Below are positions 47,701 to 55,708 of a DNA stretch of 64,000 nucleotides, one piece after another. The position numbers were made by a program, and so were the translations under genes. The DNA is from Acidobacteriota bacterium. GTDB lineage: Bacteria; Acidobacteriota; Polarisedimenticolia; Gp22-AA2. The notes beneath the pieces were generated by a model, which saw only the letters and a list, made by a program, of their open reading frames with translations, searched no databases and had not been told where the DNA came from. The stretch lies in assembly GCA_046758905.1 (NCBI GenBank), contig JBHIBC010000007.1:2290-66289 (forward strand), read 5' to 3'. Each line of letters opens with the position of its first letter. The stretch's first letter is position 1.

Positions 47701-48435
47701 GTCCAGGGCAGCGGGGCCGCCACCGGCGGCGGGGCGAGCGTCCGTCAGCAGGACTTCCGTCCCGACCTTTACAACCGCAACTTCTTCTTCAACCGGATCT
47801 TCCGGATCGGGAACTTCAACACGTCCCGCTACAAGTCGATCCAGCTGCAGGTGACCAAGAGGCTGAGCCGCAAGTGGCAGATGGATGCCTCGTACACCTA
47901 CTCGCGGGCTCGCGGAGACGCGGAGAACTTCGCGTCGCTGCTCGGGGACGATCCCGCGACCACCGCCCTCGAGTTCGGATACCTGGACTTCGACCAGCGA
48001 CACGTCGTGAAGTTCAACGCGGTCACCTTCCTGCCGGGCGACTGGGAGCTGGGCGGCACGCTGCAGTGGAGCTCGGGCCTCCCGTTCTCGGAGGTCGATT
48101 TCTTCACGTCGGCCGACAACTTCGACTACTTCTCTTTCCGGAGGCTCCTCGGGCGCGTGGTCAGGGGCGACAAGGAGCCGGAGTTCATCCCCATCCGGCG
48201 CAACTCGCTGCGCAACGACGCGGTCTACAACATCGACGTCCGGGCCTCGAAGGCGTTCGTCCTCGGACGCTTCAACGCAAAGGCGTTCGTGACGGTGCAG
48301 GACCTGCTCAACACGGACGACCTGCGGATCTCGTTCTTCCTGCCTGACAACCCGAACCGCGGCGGCGCGTTACAGCTCATCTCGGAGCGTCAGTTCGGCC
48401 GGCGCTTCGAGGTCGGGTTCCAGTTCGACTTCTAG
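44713..48435 (+). CDS. Oar-like TonB-dependent receptor (1240 aa) with Asp-rich Ca-binding repeat insert
   Basis: GGAGG RBS, signal peptide, carboxypeptidase-regulatory-like domain, plug (LPILGRNYQDVLSLAPGV, GGFVNIITKSG), barrel ending FEVGFQFDF, nine Dx[DN]xDG-like motifs at about 45958-46340. Confidence 0.93.
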   Translation: MVVKRALPILLSGVLALALSLPGAALAQTASGIRGLVVDKDGEPIVAATVLVENRDLGISQQGTVTDARGQFRVAPLPPGRGYTVTVSFPGMATVILSDIEVRGSGFTSVPVTLRPDKEMRERVRVTAVTDVVDTASTTTQTSFSDEFIDALPILGRNYQDVLSLAPGVTDVDGDGNPNILGARDTDTITLVDGVSTVDPLTGQRGQELNIESIAEIEVKTSGASAEFSRGQGGFVNIITKSGGNDFQGRFSFFWRSNIFDGDGAGLDDPKLHGGLGELGLRDLDFNDFRPFLSLSGPIRKDKAWYFFSAQYIQEEVPVNALTQAFVRGHEEFRVFGKLSWDINPNNKLSFTVNIDPQQFNNLGLNSFTQLESGYTVDAGATNLVLTETSVFNPNVFLETRLQYWTSTPELFPTLDPDTNGNGVLFIDRNGDGFIDGTERDPGEDFDRDGRFDVFEDRNGNKVLDEGEDLDGDGRLTAPGACEGANREDIDCDGHLDFINEDQDGDGKLDPGEDLDGDGRLDDGTEDRNGNQLLDDRPFVAPDDFFVDEKGNVNPTYPYGSLNPLPNDLDYSQDQRTLRISGPYYFTINQDESRVTLREDLTVFVPDWFGQHDLRLGAVIEKEDYKQATDARNFLFPNASPPTSSTILPTTAVRLPSENRIFNEANNTTFGAYFNDVYKPLPNLTLGIGLRFDREATDSFGFTQFDPAEQRRQFDTIFNLGGGEQNVTDESQIGNNDGIISQGFCGDPIFSQNTGVGGNVCTNFTIKDEEGAPHGEAVVRDHNSLRLLAASRLTQHHISTTLVAETLAQLFPEAVDPNTGEINRDILREKGNATFQERESFRLTNNNLAPRLSISWDPWADGKTKLFANWSRFYDKLFLATVIPEEGPDFIYRYYRKDQDGVTGAGVPNNQLGAALSKAPPDASQVDRGLETPFTDELSIGFERELAPELSLRVTFIDRKGRNGLQDLDINHEIRCCEPNANRPGEERPIDVLGRLVQGSGAATGGGASVRQQDFRPDLYNRNFFFNRIFRIGNFNTSRYKSIQLQVTKRLSRKWQMDASYTYSRARGDAENFASLLGDDPATTALEFGYLDFDQRHVVKFNAVTFLPGDWELGGTLQWSSGLPFSEVDFFTSADNFDYFSFRRLLGRVVRGDKEPEFIPIRRNSLRNDAVYNIDVRASKAFVLGRFNAKAFVTVQDLLNTDDLRISFFLPDNPNRGGALQLISERQFGRRFEVGFQFDF

Positions 48436-48498
48436 ACGGATCGGCTTGGATGGCCGAGGGCCCGTACCCCGTTCGCGGGCGTGGTCTTCGCAGCCTCG

Positions 48499-48527
48499 TT
48501 GACAGCGCGGGGATCGGACGCTAGACT
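48499..48527 (+). promoter_or_regulatory. Sigma70 promoter of cysS
   Basis: TTGACA-17 nt-TAGACT. Confidence 0.7.
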
Positions 48528-48549
48528 CGCCCCCTGCCGCACGAGGCTC

Positions 48550-49947
48550 ATGGGACTGCGCGTCTACAACACGCTGACCAGGAGAGTCGAGGATTTCGTC
48601 CCGTTGACGCCGGGAGAGGCGCGCCTGTACACCTGCGGGCCGACGGTGTACGACTACGCGCATATCGGGAACTTCCGGACCTACGTCTGGGAGGACCTGC
48701 TCCGCCGGTATCTCAGGTTCCGGGGCTTCCGCGTCGTCCAGGTGATGAACCTCACCGACGTGGACGATAAGACGATCGCCAACTCCTTGAAGGCGGGCCT
48801 CAACCTGGACGATTACACGCGACGCTACGTCGACGCCTTCTTCGAGGACATCGACGCGCTGGGGATAGAGCGGGCGGAGCACTATCCCCGCGCCACCCGG
48901 CACATCGACGAGATGGTGGCTCTCGTCCGCCGCCTCCGGGACAACGGTCACCTCTATGAAAGCCGCGGATCGCTGTATTTCCGCATCACCACCTTCCCCC
49001 GTTACGGCCGTCTGGCCCGCATCGACCCCGGGGCCGCATCGGGCCACGCGCGGATCGATTCGGATGAGTACGAGAAGGACGACCCGCGTGACTTCGCGGT
49101 CTGGAAGGCGCGCCGGGACGACGAGCCCTACTGGACGACGGAGATCGGTGAGGGACGCCCGGGATGGCACCTGGAGTGCTCGGCCATGTCGATGAAGTAC
49201 CTCGGCGAATCGTTCGACATCCACACCGGCGGCGTGGACAACATCTTCCCCCACCACGAGAACGAGATCGCCCAGAGCGAGGGAGCGACCGGCAGGCCGT
49301 TCGTGCGCTACTGGATGCATGCGGCCCACCTGATCGTCGACGGTCAGAAGATGTCGAAGTCGCTGGGGAACTACTACACCCTGCGCGACCTGCTGGGGCG
49401 GGGGTTCGATCCGCGCTCCATCCGCTACCTGCTGCTGTCGGCGCACTACCGCAGCCCCCTGAATTTCACCTTCGAGGCTCTCTCTCGGAGCGGGGCCTCG
49501 CTCGAGCGACTGGACGACCTGGCCCGTCGGCTCCGCGAGGCGTCGCTTCCGCCCGGCAGCGACCGGTCCCTCCGTAAGAGGATCGCCGCCGCGCGGGCCG
49601 GCTTCGTGGAGGCGCTGGACTCCGATCTCAACACGGCCGGGGCCCTCGGCCATCTCTTCGTCCTGGTGCGGGAGGCCCATACGGCCCTCGACGAGGGCAG
49701 GGCCGGCTCGGACGACGCGCGGGAGGTGCTCGACCTCCTGCGGACCTTCGAGTCGGTTTTCGGGGTCCGGGTCGGGCGGGTGGAGGCGCTCGACCGGGAG
49801 GTCGAGGAGATGATCCGCCGCAGGTCCGAGGCCCGAGCCCGCAAGGACTACGCGGAGGCCGACCGGATCCGGGACGCGCTCTCGACTCAGGGGATCGTTC
49901 TGGAGGACACCCCCCGGGGTGTGAGGTGGAAACGCCGGGGAGCCTGA
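48550..49947 (+). CDS. cysS: Cysteine--tRNA ligase
   Basis: YTCGPTVYDYAHIGN, GRPGWHLECSAM, FPHHENE, KMSKSLGN. Confidence 0.97.
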   Translation: MGLRVYNTLTRRVEDFVPLTPGEARLYTCGPTVYDYAHIGNFRTYVWEDLLRRYLRFRGFRVVQVMNLTDVDDKTIANSLKAGLNLDDYTRRYVDAFFEDIDALGIERAEHYPRATRHIDEMVALVRRLRDNGHLYESRGSLYFRITTFPRYGRLARIDPGAASGHARIDSDEYEKDDPRDFAVWKARRDDEPYWTTEIGEGRPGWHLECSAMSMKYLGESFDIHTGGVDNIFPHHENEIAQSEGATGRPFVRYWMHAAHLIVDGQKMSKSLGNYYTLRDLLGRGFDPRSIRYLLLSAHYRSPLNFTFEALSRSGASLERLDDLARRLREASLPPGSDRSLRKRIAAARAGFVEALDSDLNTAGALGHLFVLVREAHTALDEGRAGSDDAREVLDLLRTFESVFGVRVGRVEALDREVEEMIRRRSEARARKDYAEADRIRDALSTQGIVLEDTPRGVRWKRRGA

Positions 49948-49984
49948 GGGTCCCCGGCTCCGCCGGCGGCCGGCGTCCCGGCTC

Positions 49985-50012
49985 TAAACCGCACCCCGCC
50001 GCGTGCGGTCTA
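49985..50012 (+). promoter_or_regulatory. Candidate ECF-type autoregulatory promoter
   Basis: TAAACC-16 nt-GGTCTA just upstream of the ECF gene, resembling the AAC/GTC ECF promoter layout. Confidence 0.4.
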
Positions 50013-50030
50013 TCCCGTGCAGAGGAAGCG

Positions 50031-50606
50031 ATGGAGGCCGCCACCGAGACGATGGACACCGATGAGAGCCTGGTGGCCCGGTTCCGGTCCGGCGACGAGT
50101 CGGCCTTCGACGCGCTGGTCGCGCGGCACCGCCGCGACCTCTACGGGCTGGCCTACAGGCTGACCGGCTGTCACGAGGACGCGGACGATCTGTCGCAGGA
50201 GGCGTTCATGAGGGCTCATCGGGGGCTGCGGAAGTTCCGGGGCGAGGCGCAGTTCCGAACCTGGATGACGCGGATCGTCGTCAACCTGGCGCTGAATCTC
50301 CGGCGCGTCCGCCGGCTGCGGGCGGTGCCGTTGGATGAGGCGGTGGGCCTGCGGGGCGCGAGCCCGGAGGGGCCGGACTCGGTGCTCCGGCGGCAGGTGC
50401 GGGAGATGATCGGGACCCTGCCTCCGCGCCAGAGGCAGGTACTCAATCTCAAGGTTTACGAGGAGATGAGCTTTGTCGAGATCGCCGAGGCCGCGGGCAT
50501 GGCCGTCGGGACCGCCAAGGCGACCTTCTTCCAGGCGGTCCAGGGGCTGCGCAGCCGTCTGGCGGCGGCCGCCCGCGGGCGCGACACGGAGGAGGTGGGA
50601 GCATGA
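50031..50606 (+). CDS. ECF RNA polymerase sigma factor
   Basis: AFDALV, ADDLSQEAF, FRTWMTRIVVN, LPPRQRQVL, SFVEIAE, GTAK. Confidence 0.93.
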   Translation: MEAATETMDTDESLVARFRSGDESAFDALVARHRRDLYGLAYRLTGCHEDADDLSQEAFMRAHRGLRKFRGEAQFRTWMTRIVVNLALNLRRVRRLRAVPLDEAVGLRGASPEGPDSVLRRQVREMIGTLPPRQRQVLNLKVYEEMSFVEIAEAAGMAVGTAKATFFQAVQGLRSRLAAAARGRDTEEVGA

Positions 50607-51178
50607 TGCGCTGCGAGGAGGCCCGGCAGGCGGTGGCCCGTCGTCTGGCGGGGGAGTTGGATCCGACCGGCTCCAGAGCCCTCGGGGAGCATCTGCGCGC
50701 CTGCGGGGCCTGCGGCGCGGAGGCCGCGCGTCTGCAGGCGGCGCTCGATTCGCTGGGACGCCGGGAGGTCCCGGACCCCGGGCCGGAGTACTGGGCGAGC
50801 TACACGGATCGGCTGCGCGGCCGCCTCGCGAGGGCCGACGCCCGCCGGCGCAGCGTCGGAGCCGCCGCCGCGCTCGCCGCCGCGGCCGCGTTGGTCGTCT
50901 CGGTGGCGCTGCTCACCGCCCGGATGCCGAGGCCGCTCGCCCCGAGGCCGAATCCGATCGCGGAGGCGGACGCTTCGGCCGGCGGAGACGATCCGGAGGC
51001 CCGGTTCGAGGCCATCCTCCAGAGGGCGGCCGGTGTGGAGACGGGGCGCCGCGCACTCCTGAGGGTCCTCGATGAGATGACCTTAGGGGATCCCCTGGAG
51101 ATCGAGGATTCGCTCGAACGTCTCACGCCGGAGGAGACTGAAGCGCTAGGCCGTGAGCTGAGCCGGCTGCAGGGCTAG
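50603..51178 (+). CDS. Zinc-finger (zf-HC2/ZAS) anti-sigma factor
   Basis: HLRACGAC (HxxxCxxC) followed by one TM. ATGA overlap with the sigma gene. Confidence 0.88.
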   Translation: MMRCEEARQAVARRLAGELDPTGSRALGEHLRACGACGAEAARLQAALDSLGRREVPDPGPEYWASYTDRLRGRLARADARRRSVGAAAALAAAAALVVSVALLTARMPRPLAPRPNPIAEADASAGGDDPEARFEAILQRAAGVETGRRALLRVLDEMTLGDPLEIEDSLERLTPEETEALGRELSRLQG

Positions 51179-51197
51179 GGGAAGGAGGGAGATCGCG

Positions 51198-51854
51198 ATG
51201 ATTTCGGTCGGTCGGGTGGTGCGAATCGCGGCGGGAGTTCTAGGGGTGCTGCTGGTCGCGAGCGGGGGGTTGCGGGCGGCCCCGGTGCAGGGGCCGCCGC
51301 GCGGCGACCGGCCCAGGCCAGCCGCGCCCGGAGGGGAGCCTCCGGTCACGCCGGAGGAGGTGCGCGAGGCGATGGAGTACCTGATGATCGCCCGCATGAA
51401 ACGTGTCCTGCAGCTGACGCCGCGGCAGGAGGAGCAGGTGATCCCGCAGATGCAGCAGCTGCTCGATGCCAGGCGCCGGTTCGCCGAGCAGCGGCGCGCG
51501 CGGCTGCGGTCGCTCCGCGCCCTGCTGCGCGACCCGTCCGCCGGCGACGCCGCGATCGAACGGCTCCTCGCGGAGATCCGGGAGGGCGAGAGCGCGTATC
51601 GCCGGAGGGAGATGGAGCTGCGCGGTGGGATCGCCGCCGAGCTGGGGCCTCGGCAGCAGGCTCGACTCTTGTTCTTCGAGCGACGGTTCCACGGCGCCAT
51701 GCAGCGGCGTCTACGCGAGGCCTTTCGCCGGGGGATAGGCCCGCGGCCGCATCCGCTCGGCGGGCCCGGTCCGGGGCGTCCTCCGGGGCCGGCCGACCGC
51801 CCGGGCGCCCACGATGACCCTCTGGACGACCTCGACCCGTGGGAGGAGGAATGA
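51198..51854 (+). CDS. Periplasmic Spy/CpxP-like helical protein
   Basis: Signal peptide, LQLTPRQ and LGPRQQARL (LTxxQ-like motifs), Pro/Gly-rich termini. Confidence 0.7.
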   Translation: MISVGRVVRIAAGVLGVLLVASGGLRAAPVQGPPRGDRPRPAAPGGEPPVTPEEVREAMEYLMIARMKRVLQLTPRQEEQVIPQMQQLLDARRRFAEQRRARLRSLRALLRDPSAGDAAIERLLAEIREGESAYRRREMELRGGIAAELGPRQQARLLFFERRFHGAMQRRLREAFRRGIGPRPHPLGGPGPGRPPGPADRPGAHDDPLDDLDPWEEE

Positions 51855-52294
51855 TGAGGTCGGAGGCCCTCTCGGTCGCCGAGCGGAGGCGATCCTATCG
51901 CCCGGCGCGCCCCCCGCCGCGGCCGGGCGCGGCGCGCACCTGCCTCGGGCGGGCGGGAGAGGAGGCGGCGGCAGCGCACCTGGCCGCCCTGGGGTTCCGG
52001 ATCCTCGCCCGCAGGTTCAGGACGCACGCCGGGGAGATCGATCTGGTGGCCGAGGAGGGCGGCACCCTGGTCTTCGTCGAGGTCAAGTCACGTTCGTCCC
52101 TCGCCTGCGGGCGCCCCGCGGAGGCGGTCGACAGGAGGAAAAGGGACCGGCTGCTGCGCGCCGCCGGGATCTATCTGGCGTCCGTCGGCCGGAGCCGGCC
52201 GCGCTCCTGTCGGTTCGACGTGGTGGAGGTGATCGCGCCGGGCGACGCACCTGTCGGGATCACCCTTATCCGCGACGCCTTCCAGGCCTCCTGA
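51851..52294 (+). CDS. yraN: YraN family (UPF0102) putative endonuclease
   Basis: GRAGEEAA, GEIDLVA, LVFVEVK, CRFDVV. Confidence 0.9.
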   Translation: MMRSEALSVAERRRSYRPARPPPRPGAARTCLGRAGEEAAAAHLAALGFRILARRFRTHAGEIDLVAEEGGTLVFVEVKSRSSLACGRPAEAVDRRKRDRLLRAAGIYLASVGRSRPRSCRFDVVEVIAPGDAPVGITLIRDAFQAS

Positions 52295-52322
52295 CCTGCC
52301 CGCACGAGGACCCCGCACGACC

Positions 52323-52351
52323 TTGACAGTGCGGCTGCACGCCGATATAGT
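52323..52351 (+). promoter_or_regulatory. Sigma70 promoter of tRNA-Gly
   Basis: TTGACA-17 nt-TATAGT. Confidence 0.8.
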
Positions 52352-52378
52352 CGTGCGCTGCCCGCGGACAGCGGGCGG

Positions 52379-52453
<75 letters not shown>

Positions 52454-52463
52454 GACCTCATCT

Positions 52464-52501
52464 CCGCCGGCTCGACTCGTTCCATCGGGGGCCGGCGGTT
52501 T
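52464..52501 (+). terminator. Possible intrinsic terminator or hairpin between the tRNAs
   Basis: CCGCCGGC...GCCGGCGG stem followed by TTT. Confidence 0.4.
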
Positions 52502-52544
52502 CGCGTTCGGGCGGAACCTCGCGCCGGAGCCGGCCCCGGTTTCG

Positions 52545-52573
52545 TTGACAGCCCCGAGATGCCCCGGTATCAT
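52545..52573 (+). promoter_or_regulatory. Sigma70 promoter of tRNA-Cys
   Basis: TTGACA-17 nt-TATCAT. Confidence 0.8.
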
Positions 52574-52609
52574 GCGCCCGAGCAGGACAGGACCCGTGCA
52601 ACCCGGCCA

Positions 52610-52684
52610 GGCGGCGTAGCCAAGCGGTAAGGCAGAGGTCTGCAAAACCTCCATACATCGGTTCGATTCCGATCGCCGCCTCCA
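52610..52684 (+). tRNA. tRNA-Cys (GCA)
   Basis: GGCGGCG/CGCCGCC acceptor stem, GAGGT-CTGCAAA-ACCTC anticodon arm, GTTCGATTC T-loop, encoded CCA. Confidence 0.98.
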
Positions 52685-52796
52685 GCCCCCCGTTCCCCGT
52701 CGGCACTCCCCCGGACCCCACTCACGCTCTGATGATCAACGTCGGCGCGCCGGACAGGATCTCGGCGGGTTCCCGCCCCGCGGCGGGCGGCCGGGA

Positions 52797-54167
52797 TCAG
52801 TCGACCTCGGAGAAGGCGGCATCGAGGATCGAGACCGCCTTGTCGACGTCGGATCGGGTGGCGACCAGCGGGGGCGACAGGCGGATGGTCGAGGCTCCGC
52901 AGGGGAGAGTCAGCAGGCCCCGCTCGAAGGCCCTCCTGATGACGGAACCCCTGGCCTCGGGGTCCGGCGCGCGGCTCTGCCGGTCGGCGACCACCTCGAT
53001 GCCGACCATCAGCCCGAGCCCGCGCACCTCGCCGATGCGCGGGTGCTTCTCCTGGAGCTGTCGCAGCGTCCGGATCAGATGCGCCCCCACCGAGCGGGCG
53101 TTGTCGATCAGCCCTGCCCCGAGCAGCCGGAGCGTGGCGAGCGCCGACGCGCATGACACCGGGTTGCCGCCGAACGTCGACCCGTGTCCTCCGTCGTTCC
53201 ACTTCATCACGTCGTCCCGTGCGATCACCGCGGCGATCGGCATCCCCGAGGCGATCCCCTTGGCGAGCAGGATCATGTCCGGGTCGATCCCGTAGTGCTC
53301 CAGGGCGAACATCCGGCCGGTGCGTCCCATGCCGCTCTGTACCTCGTCGGCGATCAGGAGGATGCCGTGGCGGCGACACAGCTCCTGCAGCTTCGGGAGG
53401 AAATCCCTGTGGGGCGGGATGAAACCTCCCTCCCCCTGGATCGGCTCGACGATCACCGCCGCCACCTCGGCGGGGTCGGTCGTGGTGCGGAGGTGCGTCT
53501 CGGAGAGAAGGTTCAGGCACTCGACCGAGCAGCTCTCGGGTCTGCGGTTGACCGGGCAGCGGTAGCAGTAGGAGTAATGGGTGTGGAGGATATCGGGCAC
53601 GAGGGGGCCGTACCCGGTCCTCTGGACGGTCTTGCTCGCCGTCAGCGTCATCGCGCCGTAGGTGCGGCCGTGGAACGCTCCGAAGAACCCCACGATCTTC
53701 TGCCGTCCGGTCCGCACCCGCGCGAGCTTGACCGCGGTCTCCACCGCCTCGGCGCCCGAGTTGGCCAGAAACACGCGCTTGCTCCCTCTCATCGGGGCGA
53801 TGCGGGCCAGCTCCTCGCACAGCTCGAGGTAGATCGGGTAATAGAAGTCGGTGTAGCAGATGTGGATGAGCGACTCCGCCTGCCTCGCCACCGCCTCGAC
53901 CACTTCCGGGTGGCAGTGGCCGGTGGAGACGGTGGAGATCCCGGCGGCGAAGTCCAGGAACCGGTTCCCGTCCACGTCCTCCACCACCATGCCCCCGGCG
54001 CGCCCGACGACTAGCGGCACGTCCTTGGAGAGGTTCTGGGAGACCGATCGGGCGTCCCGGGCGATGATCTCGCGCGCCCTCGGCCCGGGCGGCGGGGTCG
54101 TGATCCTGGGGTAGTCGTCGGACAGGTTGGGCGGGAAGGGCGAGGGGCGGCTCCGATTATTTCTCAT
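52797..54167 (-). CDS. Class III PLP aminotransferase (4-aminobutyrate/acetylornithine aminotransferase family)
   Basis: FLDFAAG, NSGAEAVE, AFHGRT, EPIQGEGG, DEVQSGMGRTG, LAKGIASG, STFGGNP. Confidence 0.93.
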   Translation of the reverse strand: MRNNRSRPSPFPPNLSDDYPRITTPPPGPRAREIIARDARSVSQNLSKDVPLVVGRAGGMVVEDVDGNRFLDFAAGISTVSTGHCHPEVVEAVARQAESLIHICYTDFYYPIYLELCEELARIAPMRGSKRVFLANSGAEAVETAVKLARVRTGRQKIVGFFGAFHGRTYGAMTLTASKTVQRTGYGPLVPDILHTHYSYCYRCPVNRRPESCSVECLNLLSETHLRTTTDPAEVAAVIVEPIQGEGGFIPPHRDFLPKLQELCRRHGILLIADEVQSGMGRTGRMFALEHYGIDPDMILLAKGIASGMPIAAVIARDDVMKWNDGGHGSTFGGNPVSCASALATLRLLGAGLIDNARSVGAHLIRTLRQLQEKHPRIGEVRGLGLMVGIEVVADRQSRAPDPEARGSVIRRAFERGLLTLPCGASTIRLSPPLVATRSDVDKAVSILDAAFSEVD

Positions 54168-54304
54168 TATGCAACATGAGCTCTATCGGCGAAGCGGGGA
54201 TCTTCGCCCATCGGGGTTCGGGATGTCAAGGAACGGTCGGCGCCGCCGTCCGATCGCGGCCCGGGCGGTGCCGGGTTTGACCCCGCTGCGAGGCGGGTGC
54301 TAGG

Positions 54305-55687
54305 ATGCCGGCCGCCTTGCTCCGCCGAACCTGCCCGATCCTGCTGGGCGCGCTGGCGCTTGCCGGATGCGCCGCTCCGGATCGCCCGAACATCCTTCTG
54401 ATCGTCATCGATACCGCGCGCGCCGACCGCTTCCCGTTCGCCGGATACGATCGCCCCACCGCGCCGTTCCTCCAGGCCGTGGCCCGCGAGGGGACGGTGT
54501 ACGAGCGGGCCTTCTCGCCGGCCCCCTGGACGGTGCCGGCCCACGCCAGCCTGTTCACAGGGCAGTACCCGTCGCTTCACGGGACCGATTGCGGATCGCT
54601 GCGGCTGCCGGAGGAGGCCGTGACCATCGCGGAGACGCTGCACGCGGCGGGGTATCGGACCGTGGGCTACACGGCCAACCCCTGGATCGGATCCGCCTAC
54701 AACTTCCAGCAGGGGTTCGACACCTACGGGGAGACCTGGAAGGAGGTCGCGGAGGACACGCGGGATACGGGGGCCGCGCTGACCAACGAGAAGGTCGCCC
54801 GGTTCGTCCGCTGGTGGCGACGCCATCCCGACTCCAGGCGCCGGCCCTTCTTCCTGTTCATCAACTACTTCGAGCCGCACCTGGCCTATCACCCGCCGGA
54901 GCCCGAGCGCTCGCGCCTGCTCCGCGACGGGATCGACCCGTCGCAGGTCGAGCGCCTAAGTCGCCTCGGACATCCGGAGGAGATGCGGTTCATCATGGGG
55001 GGGTCCGACCTGACCGGGGAGGACCTGAGGATCCTCAGCGATCTCTACGACGGCGAGATCGCCTACGTCGACCGCCGGATCGGGGAGGTGATCGAGCTGC
55101 TGCGCGAGACGGGGTTTCTGGACCGTACCGTGGTCGCGGTCACCGCCGATCACGGGGAGAACATCGGCGACCACGGACTGATGGACCACAAGATGAGCGT
55201 GCACGACACGCTGCTGCGGGTGCCGATGGTCCTGCGCTACCCCCCGCGGGTCGCCCGTGGGCGGGTGATCTCCGACCCGGTGCAGATGCACGACCTCTAC
55301 CCGACGCTGCTCGCCCTGGCCCGCGTCCCCCAGCCCGAAGGGGTGAAGGTGGAGGCCTATCTCCTTCCGGGCGCGGGTGTCGGCGGCCCGACGCGTCCGG
55401 CCGACGGACCGATCGTCGGCGAGTTCGCCGGTCCCCCCGTCGAGTTCCTGGAGGTGATGGAGGAGCTGTTCCCCGGACGCGACCTGTCGCGCTTCGACCG
55501 GACCCTCGTGGCGTTGCGCAGCGACGGGTACAAGATCCACTGGGGGTCGGACGGCCGACACGCCCTGTACCACGTGGAGGAGGACCCAGGCGAGACGCGG
55601 GACGTCGCCGGATCGGAGCCGGAGCGTCTCGAGCGGATGGCGGGGCAGGTGCGCGCCTGGCTGGAGCGTCCCGCGCGTCGTCGATGA
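54305..55687 (+). CDS. Sulfatase-like hydrolase (alkaline phosphatase superfamily) lipoprotein
   Basis: Lipobox LAGC, IDTARAD, WTVPAHASLFTG, ADHGE. TTGACC-18-TAGGAT (54277-54306) overlaps the ATG, so TTG 54317 is an alternative start. Confidence 0.88.
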   Translation: MPAALLRRTCPILLGALALAGCAAPDRPNILLIVIDTARADRFPFAGYDRPTAPFLQAVAREGTVYERAFSPAPWTVPAHASLFTGQYPSLHGTDCGSLRLPEEAVTIAETLHAAGYRTVGYTANPWIGSAYNFQQGFDTYGETWKEVAEDTRDTGAALTNEKVARFVRWWRRHPDSRRRPFFLFINYFEPHLAYHPPEPERSRLLRDGIDPSQVERLSRLGHPEEMRFIMGGSDLTGEDLRILSDLYDGEIAYVDRRIGEVIELLRETGFLDRTVVAVTADHGENIGDHGLMDHKMSVHDTLLRVPMVLRYPPRVARGRVISDPVQMHDLYPTLLALARVPQPEGVKVEAYLLPGAGVGGPTRPADGPIVGEFAGPPVEFLEVMEELFPGRDLSRFDRTLVALRSDGYKIHWGSDGRHALYHVEEDPGETRDVAGSEPERLERMAGQVRAWLERPARRR

Positions 55688-55708
55688 CGCCCGTGGTATA
55701 GTCCACCG

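Noticed and set aside
44365-48003. 1212-aa minus-strand ORF, and similar long antisense ORFs such as 58269-60317, 60357-63017, 23761-26001 and 9975-11972
   Set aside because: These are shadow ORFs opposite well-supported genes. High GC3 suppresses antisense stops, and they contain no recognisable motifs.
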